Shown piece by piece: positions 1 to 10,859 of a stretch of DNA of 64,000 nt. A program made the position numbers and the translations under genes. This DNA is from Octopus sinensis (lineage: Eukaryota), in the NCBI RefSeq assembly GCF_006345805.1, contig NC_043004.1, positions 28,954,001 through 29,018,000 on the forward strand, in the 5' to 3' direction. Numbering within the stretch: position 1 is the stretch's first letter; every line of letters starts with the position of its first letter. The notes beneath the pieces are model-generated. The model had not been told where the DNA came from, made no database searches, and saw only the letters and a program-made list of their open reading frames with translations.

Positions 1-85
1 ATTGCTTTAGGTGACTATTTAATCATGAACAGACATGATTGTATGTATATGCAGTCTGCTCACGACTATATATATATGTATGTAT

Positions 86-405
86 ATATGTATTCTTTAA
101 CTCTCGTACTGATTTCAGCCAGAGTCTGGGGCCATGCTGGAGCACCACCTTTCAGTGTTTTGGGTCTCCTTTCTGTACCGCTTTTGGTGAAGAAGCGAGT
201 TGGACGAAGTTGCTATTCTTTGTGTCTCCTGCCGCGATGTGGGCTCATCTGGGATTTCAGATAGAAATTTCTCCAGATGCTTTTTGAACGTTTCCACATT
301 ACATCTATACCGAGATGGTCTCATAGGTTCCTTGGTAGTGTGTTAAACAGTTGTGGTCCCCTGAAACTCGTGCTGTTGCAATATTGGGTCGTTATCGGAG
401 ATGCA
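86..405 (-). mobile_element. 3' end of a CR1/L2-group LINE (ORF2 C-terminus plus 3' tail)
   Basis: Minus-strand peptides SFRGPQLFNTLPRNL and (after a frameshift) VETFKKHLEKFLSEIPDEP..SSNSLLHQ match the C-terminal pattern of CR1-group ORF2. They are followed by the tail GGTGCTCCAGCATGGCC..TGAAATCAGTACGAGAG. The 5' side is truncated at (TACA)n. Confidence 0.7.
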
Positions 406-1162
406 TATACATACATACATACATACATACATACATACATACATACATACATACATACATACATACATACATACATACATACATACATACATACATACTG
501 AGTATACCAAGTATGTTCAGAACGACAACTTAAAAGAAAGGGCAAATATCAAATTTAACAAAGACGTGTTTGGTGACTACAATAATTGACATGGCCAATC
601 AGTAACGATATAATGATGAACAATTACAGAAAAGTAAGATCATGTTGAAAACGAAATACGGATAAACAAACAATAACAAAGCGATCAAAAAGGAAAAAAT
701 AACAAAAACGGAGGAAAAGCGAATTTGCATTGGACACGATGAGTATTGGATAGAATGACTTAAGATATTAAACCTGCCAGTGAAAATAGTAATCATAGAC
801 AAAGGGGGTTACAAGCAGTCGTAAAATACTGAAAGTAAATTTTCCTTAAAAAAATGAAAGTATATTGCGATAGTAAAAGGAAGTGACGACTGTTATACCA
901 TAATTTCACGTAACACGTTTGATATCCGATGGGTAGGCTCCCTATGTGGATCTCAGCAGCTTCTATACTTATAAGCTGTCAACCATCACCAAATTTTATT
1001 CATTCAAACGATGACAGCATCCATACACAGACTATAGCGGGGTGATGGAAGTAAATTAGGCAACAATGTAGGACTTATGATGATTTATTTACATCATATC
1101 TTCAAAAATGTATGTGTTGCGAAACACATACATATATATATATATTATATATATATATATTA

Positions 1163-1217
<55 letters not shown>

Positions 1218-1223
<6 letters not shown>

Positions 1224-2860
1224 ACATTTTCACACATAACCCTAGAAACAACGAAGCCTTCAACATTATCACCCAAAATCTTCCCATCCTCACAGCAGAC
1301 ACAACAATGAACGAAATTTTAAGCTCATGTAAAATGATAAAAAGCAAAATGCAACCGAAGTCACTGTAAAAAATATTAACCAGCGCAAGACTATATCCAC
1401 TAACAACAGAGCCAAAAGGGAAAAATTGTGGTCGTCCTAACTATGGAACATGCCCCCACCTTTTGGAGGGTTCAGAATTCCACTTCAAACAAGGAGAAAT
1501 ATTTAAGATCAAATCAAATTTCACCTGCGCCTCGGAAAATCTAATCTATGCCATGACATTCTTAGGATGTGGTAACCACTATGTTGGACAGACAGGAATA
1601 TCTCTCCGTCGAAGAACCACCATCCACAAAGAACAAATCCGTCACCCACAATACAGACAGTTACGGGTTAGTGAACACATAGAAAGGTGTGCCAGGAATC
1701 TTAATCCGGACATTTTCCTTTTGAACGGCAGTTTTCAACACAATTTCTAGTTAACTAAACACTTTTAAACTTCGTATACTGGTAGAATGTGTCAAAATAA
1801 AACATTTTTTTCTCTAGGCTTTCTTGAGAAAATTGTAATTTGTAAGTTTAACGTAGTTTAATTTTTCGCATTTTAACCAATCCTATGGTCTCTATTGAGC
1901 TAAAATCATTTGCTGCGTCTAAAACTGAGACAATATCCTGTCACTAACCCTCACTCTGACCCTAACCCTCATCGTAACCCTAAATTTTAGCCTTTCGTTT
2001 TTTCTTAATTGTTACGTGTGTGTCTAAAATTATTCGTTTTGTTTTTGTTTTGAGTTTGTGCTTTCGTTTTAGCGTTTCGTTTTTTTTTCTTAATTGTTAA
2101 ATTAAAATTATTTTCCATTGCTTTCGTTTTAGCCTTTCGTTTTTTTTTCTTAATTGTTATCCTTAAATTAATTCAACAATTAAGAAAAAGAAACGAAAGG
2201 CTAAAATTTAGGGTTATGGTTAAGGTTAGGGTCAGGGTTAGGGTTAGTGACAGGATGTTGTCTCTTTTAGACGCAGCAAATGATTTTAGCTCAATAGAGG
2301 CCATAGGATTGGTTAAAATTCGAAAAATTAAACTACGTTAAACTTACAAATTACAATTTTCTCAAGAAAATGTTTTATTTTGACACATTCTACCAGTATA
2401 CGAAATTTAAAAGTGTTTAGTTAACTAGAAATTGTGTTGAAAACTGCCGTTCAAAAGGAAAAGATCCCTTAATCCTAATTTCCAAATCTTCCCCTTCTAT
2501 CAATGTTCACAGAACACCTCGATGCAACAAAGGTTGAATAAAGAGGCAATTTTCATCAATAGATATCTTCCCCAACTAAATATGAACACACAACTCAATA
2601 CAGAACACCACTAACCCTTCAATTAACACCACTAACCCCTATACATTTCTTACACCATTCACATTACAATTCTATATCTAAACTAACCGCACAAAATCCA
2701 GAACTACTTACCTCCCTGACAAATAATCTTTTTACTCAGGAACTATTAGATCTGACACCGTTCATTAGCCGGTGTCCATTCAAAGCAACGAATAGCTTTT
2801 GACAAAACCATCGTATGCTTTCTGACTCTTTAATCATCTCATAATAACGATAAATTTCGT
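1218..2860 (+). mobile_element. Penelope-like element relic (linker and GIY-YIG endonuclease), interrupted by a fold-back element
   Basis: Reads PYIFTHNP..CGRPNYGTCPHL..FTCASENLIYAMTFLGCGNHYVGQTG..RTTIHKEQIRH..VSEHIERCARNLNP. It resumes after 2475 as NFQIFPFYQC..QRLNKEAIFINRYLPQLN. In-frame stop at 1367-1369. The 3' boundary is approximate. Confidence 0.85.
1708..2467. mobile_element. 760-bp non-autonomous fold-back DNA transposon (MITE) with ~300-bp TIRs and 8-bp TSD CTTAATCC; Merlin-like termini
   Basis: CTTAATCC occurs at 1700-1707 and 2468-2475. Ends read GGACATTTTCCTTTTGAACGGCAG and CTGCCGTTCAAAAGGAAAAGATCC. Arms ~1708-2020 and ~2170-2467 are reverse complements. Removing the element restores the PLE frame RNLNPNF. 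Confidence 0.9.
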
Positions 2861-2861
2861 C

Positions 2862-3008
2862 TCCGTAACTTACCGTAACTCGGCAAAAACAAAAACGATA
2901 AAATAAGTACTAGGCTTACAAAGAATAAGTCCTGGGGTCCATTTGCTCGACTAAAGGCGGTACTCCAGCATGGCCGTAGTCAAATGACTGAAACAAGCAA
3001 AAGAGTAT
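2862..3008 (+). mobile_element. SINE family B (CORE-like) 3' tail fragment
   Basis: TAAGTACTAGGCTTACAAAGAATAAGTCCTGGGGTC..CTCCAGCATGGCC..AAAAGAGTA, a tail repeated many times in the window. Confidence 0.85.
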
Positions 3009-3087
3009 ATATATATGACTTAGACTGGTTTCGGCCATTATCGGCCCAGGGCATGACTCAATCAGTAATATATATATATATACATAT

Positions 3088-3248
3088 ATGACGGGGTTCT
3101 AACAGTTACCGCGTACGAAATCCACTCACAAGACTTTGGTCGGATCGAGGCTAGAATAGAAGACATTTATCCAAGGTGCCAAGCAGTGGGACTGAACCCG
3201 GACCCATGTGGTTGGGAAGCAAGCTTCTTTCCACTCATCCACGCCTGC
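3088..3248 (-). mobile_element. SINE family B 5' half (tRNA-like head plus CORE-like segment)
   Basis: Reverse complement of GAAGCTTGCTTCCCAACCACATG..GGTTCAGTCCCAC..GGCACCTTGG..GTCTTCTA..GCCTCG. Confidence 0.85.
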
Positions 3249-3317
3249 GTATATATATTTGTATGTATGAATACATGCATACAAATACATACACATACAC
3301 GCACACACATATACATA

Positions 3318-3487
3318 TGCGTGGCAGTGTAGTACGAAGCTTGCTTCCCAAGAACCACATGGCTCCTTGAGCAAGTGTCTTCTGCCAAACACCTGGGCCG
3401 ACGAAAGCCTTTTGAGTGGATTTGGTAGAAAGAAACTGAAACTACTTCCTACACGCACACACACATATATGTATGTATGCATGTATG

Positions 3488-3574
<87 letters not shown>

Positions 3575-3700
3575 ATATATATATACACATACATACATAT
3601 GTGTGTATGTGTATTTGTGTACCTTTGTCCCCCACCTGTGTTTCGCGTGCTTACGTCCTCGTAACATAGCAGTTCGGCAAAAGACCGATACACTTACTAA
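3318..3700 (+). mobile_element. SINE family B with expanded internal microsatellite
   Basis: Head 3318-3460, (TA)n/(TG)n core, partial tail 3600-3700. Confidence 0.8.
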
Positions 3701-3750
3701 TTCTCGTTCTCTCGAAAGTTTATAAAATTCTTATGCCATATACACACGCA

Positions 3751-3783
<33 letters not shown>

Positions 3784-3854
3784 CACACGCACACACACAC
3801 ATACACACACACATACCAAACACGCACACGCACACACACATACACACATATTCG

Positions 3855-4232
3855 TGGCACTCCATCGGTTACGGCGACGAGGTTTCCAGGTGATCCGATC
3901 AATGTAACAGCCTGCTCGTGAAATTAATGTGCAATTAGCTGAACGCTCCACAGACACGTGTACTCTTAACGTAGTTCTCGGGGAGATTCAGTGTGACATA
4001 GAGTGTGACAAGGCTGGCCCTTTGAAATACAGGTACTGCAGAAACAGGAAGAAAGTGAGAGAAAGTTGTGGTGTAAGGGTACAGCAGGGTTCGCCACCAC
4101 ACCCTACCGGAGCCTCGTGGAGCTTAGGTGTTTTCACTCAATAAACACTCACAACGCCCGGTCTGGGAATCGAAACCGCGATCCTACGACCGCAAGTTCG
4201 CTGCCCTAACCACTGGGCCATTGCGCCTCCAC
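3855..4232 (-). mobile_element. SINE family C, tRNA-derived, near full length
   Basis: Minus strand begins GGCGCAATGGCCCAGTGGTTAGGGCAGCG..GGTTTCGATTCCCAGACCGGGCG (A box TGGCCCAGTGG, B box GGTTTCGATTCC), followed by a ~300-bp non-tRNA body. Flanked by (CA)n. Confidence 0.8.
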
Positions 4233-4735
4233 ACACACACACACACACATAAACAACAGATGAGATCGAGAAAATCATAATACAGAAAAAATGATTTGAA
4301 CTTACACCCCGATATCTTTGCCAAGAAACAAGTCAGCAAGGAACAAGTGGATATAAAGGGAAACCAAGTGAGCAGATATGGGGACAACGATTCAAATAAA
4401 CAGATAAGAATCTTGGGTTTTAATGTGCAAAATATATATATACAGACATGTATATATACTTTGTACATTAAAACCTAAGGTTTTTATCTTTTCATTTGAA
4501 TCATTCTATTTGAATATATATATATTTGAATATATATATTTTTATTCGCTTACTCGGCAACCCTGCTCGCCATCCGTGAAATATAAAAGGATCCCCCTTT
4601 TTTTTTCGCAGTTTATCGTACTTCGATACGAAAAAATCCAAAACCTTCCGTCTCAATAAAGCACTATTGTCCCTGAAGTTGTATTTTATATTAACTTCAG
4701 TTTGCTTGAAGCTAACTTTCTTCCTACACCTCAGT

Positions 4736-4817
<82 letters not shown>

Positions 4818-5235
4818 ACACACACACACACACATTTTCCTCTTTCTCCTTGTGTGCGACTTTAGTTATCAGATTCAGTTACATGCAGCGGTGAGCCATT
4901 TACTGTAAAACGATGTAGAGCAGTCTTTGTTTGTGTGTTCGTTTGTGAATAGGATCGGGAAGAAATGAAATAGATTGTTGACTCAGAATAAATTTGGGCT
5001 GTCTCAAATGTATTACATTATCTCATAAATTATATCGGCTAATTTTCATTGAGATATTTTATAATATCAAATCATCAGTAGAGCATCCGAATAATTAACT
5101 TTATAGTTAACAAATTAAACTAAAACTCACCAACACAGAAGTCTCTTAGCTTAATAAGTTCAGAACGTTCAACCGCAATTTGAAAGGTACTGGGTTCGAT
5201 GCTCTGCAGGGGCTTGCTAGCCACTTTGTAGGTGC

Positions 5236-5600
5236 AGGCGTGACTATGTGGTAAGAAGCTTGCTTCCCAAACACATGGTTCCATGTTCAGTCCCAGTCCG
5301 TGGCACCTTGAGCAAGTGTCTTTTATTAAAGCCTTGGGGCCGACCAAAGCCTTGTGAATGGATTTAGTAGACGAAAACTAAAAGAAGCTCCTCGTATATA
5401 TATATATTCTTTTTGCTTGTTTTGGTCATTTCACTGCGGTCGCACTAGACCACCTCTTTGAAGGGTTTTAGTTGAAAAAGGACTTATTCTTAGCAAGCCT
5501 AGTACTTATTGTATCGGTATCTTTTGCTGAAACGTTAGATAACGGGCACAAAAACACATCAGCATCTGTTGTCAAGCGATGGCGGGGGGGACAAGTTAAC
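5236..5600. mobile_element. SINE family B head (+, 5236-5392) abutting a family B tail (-, 5405-5600)
   Basis: Direct match to the family B head and the reverse complement of the family B tail. Confidence 0.8.
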
Positions 5601-6006
5601 ACACACACGCACACACGCTTCGCACACACACATACACACACACACGCACACATACACACATACTCCCACACACACATGCACACACACAAATACATACTTA
5701 CATACATTATATATATACATATACATATACATACATAGATATATGGTGACATCCTGTAGCCATATGTACATATGTTTATGTATATGTACATTTGTATATA
5801 TAATATATATATATATATATACATATAAAAGTAGATAAATGGTACAACAAGGCACCAATATTTACTGGAAAATAGCAATCGTAATAAATACGACGCTATT
5901 GTATAGCTTCACTGCGTATATACTAGCAAAGACGCGTGTGTGCAACAAACATGAAAAAAATTTGTCTTACCTCTAGGAAGAACATCTCATAAATGGACAA
6001 CCTAGG

Positions 6007-6041
<35 letters not shown>

Positions 6042-6042
<1 letters not shown>

Positions 6043-6135
6043 TTACCGACCAGGCTATCAGATGTTGCTACACATCGCTGGTCACAATGTGCTTCGCTTG
6101 TTTTAGCCTTGAAATGACCGCCACCCCCGCTCGCT
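6042..6135 (-). repeat. Diverged copy of the ~116-bp short interspersed element seen at 9892 and 10065
   Basis: Reverse complement reads GGGGGTGGCGGTCATTTCAAGGCTAAAACAAGCGAAGCACATTGTGACCAGCGATGTGTAGCAACATCTGATAGCCTGGTCGG. Flanked by (TA)n. Confidence 0.8.
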
Positions 6136-6188
6136 ATATATATATATGCATATATATTTATATTTATTTAGCATTATATATATATATA

Positions 6189-6294
<106 letters not shown>

Positions 6295-6304
6295 ATATAT
6301 ATTA

Positions 6305-6340
<36 letters not shown>

Positions 6341-6400
6341 TATATATATATATATTATTTATATTTATATTTATTATATATGTATGCATATATATATTAT

Positions 6401-6429
<29 letters not shown>

Positions 6430-6432
<3 letters not shown>

Positions 6433-6850
6433 TATGTCAGGTCACTTTCGAGTGCTACTGGTAACATGTAACCCAGCACGACCTGTTGCATAGAAGGGCC
6501 GTCGGCGGCTAAACCGGCAACCCCACCGAGGGTGATTATTGGACACCCTGCGGGATGAAAAACAAATCTCGTCAAAGGGCGGAGGAACTCTTGAGAGTCA
6601 ACGGTCATCCGATAAATGTGTATCATGCGCGGGGACATAGAAATAATCGGACTGAATACCCGATCGCGCGGTTAAACCATTGGGAGTGAAGGACTCCTAG
6701 CCTTTGTTAGGGCATCCTTCTAGGACAAGGTAACTCAGGTAACTGGGATAACTCCGACATAAAACTTGCGGCTCAGTGGTTACCGATGATGTTGACTTGT
6801 TTTTCTTTTCGGATTATGGCTGTTGTTGCTTAGTGAGTGGGATTTCCTCA
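6430..6850 (+). mobile_element. Unclassified GC-rich insertion, possibly the 5' UTR of an RTE-type LINE
   Basis: Abrupt GC-rich block after (TA)n. The motif AGGGCATCCTTCTAGGACAAGGTAACTC resembles RTE 5' UTRs as recalled. No ORF. Confidence 0.3.
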
Positions 6851-7157
6851 CTTTCAAAAAAAAAAATCTTCTTGCACAGGCATTGCACGATAACAACATT
6901 GTTCATGATTGTTGATGGTGCTGTGAGTCTCAACTGAATGGCTGGCTGTAGCCTTAAAAAGCAAATAAAAGTCCCATTCGATCACACCACCAATAACAGT
7001 TAAGATTCGTGCAATGGGCATACTCGATAACGAGGGGGCAGCCATCATATATATATATATATATATATGCATATATACTACTTGTTACTACCCTTAATAC
7101 ACACACACACAGACACACCACACACAAACTCACACACACCACACACCACACACACAT

Positions 7158-7188
<31 letters not shown>

Positions 7189-7664
7189 ATATATGTATGT
7201 ATATAAAATAAATATATATATATATGCAATATATTATTTATATATATATATATATATTATATATATTATGATATATATATTATATATATATGTGTGTGTG
7301 TATGTATGTATTAATTAGTATTAAGGGTATTAACAAGTAAGTAGTACCGGCATTCTAAATATCGCAGTCAAAATGACCAAACTACAAATTTTCACTTAAA
7401 CACATTTTGACTGTTATATGTAGCATGTCGGTACTACTTTACTACTAATACCTTCAATTATTAATCAAAATTTTTTTTACCGCTGTGGGTTTTTTACTGA
7501 TTTTATTACAAACAATAGTATCCTCATATACATTGTATATACATACATGTATATGCGTGTGTGTATAATGTATGTGAAGATAGTATTGTTTGTAATAATA
7601 TCAGTGGCTTAGCATATTTAATAAAGCCATAACGGTAAAAAGTTATTAAAATGTAATCACATGT

Positions 7665-7850
7665 GAATCGTTGGCGATTTTTTCCTCCGTTTTCCTTTTT
7701 TCTGGGACTTTCCTCTGTCTCCTGTTTCTGAAGAAGAGCTTTACACGCAACGTAAAACCACCTTTCTTTCCTTCCCTGAGCATCTGCTAGTACTTTGGAC
7801 GTGCCACGACCACGCTATGTTGTTTTTTTCTTTTTGTGTTTGTTCTTCAT
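7665..7850 (+). mobile_element. Solo PLE-derived unit (type B) with a degraded hammerhead core at 7728-7753
   Basis: Homologous along its length to 53866-54052 (CGTTGGCGATTTTT..TTTCTGAAGAAGAGCT..AACGTAAAACC..CCTGAGC..CCACG). The core's 3' half is mutated. Confidence 0.7.
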
Positions 7851-7878
7851 ATTTTTTTTAATTTACTATATATATATA

Positions 7879-7924
<46 letters not shown>

Positions 7925-7929
7925 TTTGT

Positions 7930-8290
7930 AAGTAGCTTGCTAACCAACCACATGGTTCCGGGTTCAGTGAGTGGATTTGGTAGACGGAATTTGGTAGAAC
8001 TGCCTTGTGAGTGGATTTGGTAGACGGAAACTGAAAGAAGCCTGTCGTATATATGTATATAATATGTATGTATGTGTGTGTGTTTGTGTGTCTGTGTTGT
8101 CCCCCTAGCAATTGCTTGACACCGATGCTGGTGTGTTTACGTTCCACGTCACTTAGCGGTTCGTCAAAAGAGATCGATAGAATAAGTATTGGGCTTACAA
8201 AGAATAACAACCGGGGTCGAGTTGCTTCGACTAAAGGTGGTGCTCCAGCATGGCCGCAGTCAATGACTGAAACAAGTAAAAAGAAAAAAA
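7930..8290 (+). mobile_element. SINE family B, rearranged head plus full tail
   Basis: Head fragments with duplicated GTGAGTGGATTTGGTAGACGGAA, then the tail through AAACAAGTAAAAAGA. Confidence 0.8.
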
Positions 8291-8374
8291 AGAATATATA
8301 TATCTATATATATATATATATATATATATATTTTATATATATATGTGTGTTATATATATATATGTATATATATA

Positions 8375-8427
<53 letters not shown>

Positions 8428-8616
8428 GTATGTATTATGTATGTATGTAGGTATGTACGCATGGCTGTAAGCGCGAGCGCACGCACACACGTCACACCAC
8501 ATATCTAATAAATAATAATCGATGCCAACGTGGCATGCGGCTGATGATGATGAAAGATGTCCAGACGCAATATAAAACCAAAAGGAAATTTTATATATAT
8601 ATAATGCCAATTGAAT

Positions 8617-8652
<36 letters not shown>

Positions 8653-8654
8653 CT

Positions 8655-8830
8655 TTTTTGTTTTACTTGCTTCGTCTTTAGTCGAACAAATTGACCCCAG
8701 GACTTATTCTTTGTAAGCCTAGTACTTATTCTATCGGTCACTTTTGCCGAACCGCTAGGTTACAGGAACATAAACACACCAGCATCGGTTGTCAAGCGAT
8801 GGTGGGGGACAAACACAGACACAGACACAC
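8655..8830 (-). mobile_element. SINE family B tail
   Basis: Reverse complement of the family B tail. Confidence 0.8.
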
Positions 8831-9494
8831 ACACACACACAGACACACAGACACACACACTCACACACACACACACACACACACATTAATAGTAATGGTA
8901 AGACAACAAAAGAATGAAAGAGATTTCGATATTATGTAAATAGAGGAATTTATTTGTGATATAAAATGTGACAATTATTCGGTTGCTGTAATATAACTCC
9001 GAGTTATGTCGGGGCGGAAGGCTGCATCGGCATCTCTTCAATTATCGAGACAAAATATGCTATGAAAATGACCGTTAAACAAAGGGAAATTACTGTCTTT
9101 ATTAAGACAAAAGAGCTAGTAGAATGACCGTTTGAATATAACTGTGCGCGTATGGGTATGTGCACGTGGTGTGTGTGTGTACGCTCGTATGTGTGTGGAT
9201 TTGTATACGTGTAGATGCATGGTTGCATATATATGTGCATCTATTTGGCGTATGTGTGTGTGCATGTGTGTGTGTTTCATGCGAGTCTGAGTGAGCATAT
9301 ACATATAGGCACATGTACGTGGGTGTGCATATAGGCACATGTGCGCGCATGTGTATATATGTACATGCGCGCATACGTGATTGCTATGAGGTTTTTCACT
9401 CCTTTACTTTTTCCTTTCTCCCCTTCAGTTTTTTCCCTTATTTAACGGTCATTCTAATAGCTCTTTTGTCTTATTATACCAACCGAATAATTGT

Positions 9495-9526
<32 letters not shown>

Positions 9527-9527
<1 letters not shown>

Positions 9528-9870
9528 GACGGGCTTCTTTCAGTTTCTGTCTATCAAATCCACTCACAAGGATTTTTTGTTGGTCCGAGGCTATAGTAGA
9601 AGACACTTGCAAGGTGCCACGCAATGGGACTGAACCTGAAACCATGTGGTTGGTAAAGAGGCTACTTACCACACAGCCACTCCTGCGACTATATATATGT
9701 ATATAATTTTTATATATATATAATTTTTATATATATATAATTTTTCCTTTTGGTTTCATCATCATCACCAACATCATTTGACGTCTATTGTCCACGTTGA
9801 CATGGACGGATTGAACCCGGAACCATGTGGTTGGGAAGCAAGCTTCTTACTACAAAGCTACTCCTGTGCC
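9527..9870 (-). mobile_element. Two SINE family B head fragments (9527-9686 and 9805-9870)
   Basis: Reverse complement of the family B head. Confidence 0.75.
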
Positions 9871-9891
9871 TTGTATATATATATATATATA

Positions 9892-10017
9892 TTAGCCTGC
9901 TCGCTTAGCCGGCGGGGTGGCGTCATTCGAAGGCTAAAACAATGCGAACGCATTGTGACCAGCGATGTGTAACATCTGATGGTCTGGTCAGTCACGTGAT
10001 CACGTGATATATACATA

Positions 10018-10068
<51 letters not shown>

Positions 10069-10180
10069 CCTGCTCGCTTAGCCGGCGGGGTGGCGTCATT
10101 CGAAGGCTAAAACAATGCGAACGCATTGTGACCAGCGATGTGTAACATCTGATGGTCTGGTCAGTCACGTGATCACGTGA
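9892..10180 (+). repeat. Two identical 116-bp copies (9892-10007 and 10065-10180) separated by (TA)n
   Basis: Base-for-base identical, TTAGCCTGCTCGC through TCACGTGATCACGTGA. Confidence 0.95.
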
Positions 10181-10556
10181 TATATATATTATATATATAT
10201 ATATATATATAGATGTATACATATGTACACACACGCATACATCATAGACATGCAGCCATAGTGCATAGATATTTCTTTTTATTTAATTTGTTCTGTGATT
10301 TAAAAGACAAATGACTCTTATCAAGCATGACCGGTCATGACTGATAAGACATATTCAGTCGAAATTACTGTAACATATCATCTGAATTAATGATGCTAAT
10401 ATAAATAATCAACGCTATATTCGTGTCATTTATTGAATACTTAATCGGCAAAAGAGACCGATAGGCAAGTGCTAGCCTTAAAAAAATATGACCTGAAAAT
10501 TATTAAAACAAGTAAAAGATTATATATATATATATATATATATAGATATATATATA

Positions 10557-10592
<36 letters not shown>

Positions 10593-10670
10593 CTATACAT
10601 ACATACATACATACATACATCACACACACAGACAAACATATATACATACATATATATATATATACATATA

Positions 10671-10716
<46 letters not shown>

Positions 10717-10827
10717 ATATATATAATATATATTATATATATACACATATATACCGTGAAATATAAAAATAACTTTTTTCAGTTTAGCTTGAAACTAACT
10801 TTCTTCCTACGCTTCGCTCCTTGGATC

Positions 10828-10859
<32 letters not shown>

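Noticed and set aside
1945-2248. True or interstitial telomere
   Set aside because: Only a few degenerate TTAGGG units, located inside MITE arms.
3855-4232. tRNA gene
   Set aside because: The tRNA-like head runs into a SINE body and the cloverleaf 3' acceptor stem is not complete. The same applies to family A and B heads.
10341-10368. Hammerhead-like CUGAUAA-GAC..GUC-GAAAU
   Set aside because: G8 is mutated, there is no convincing helix I or cleavage triplet, and no homolog in the window.
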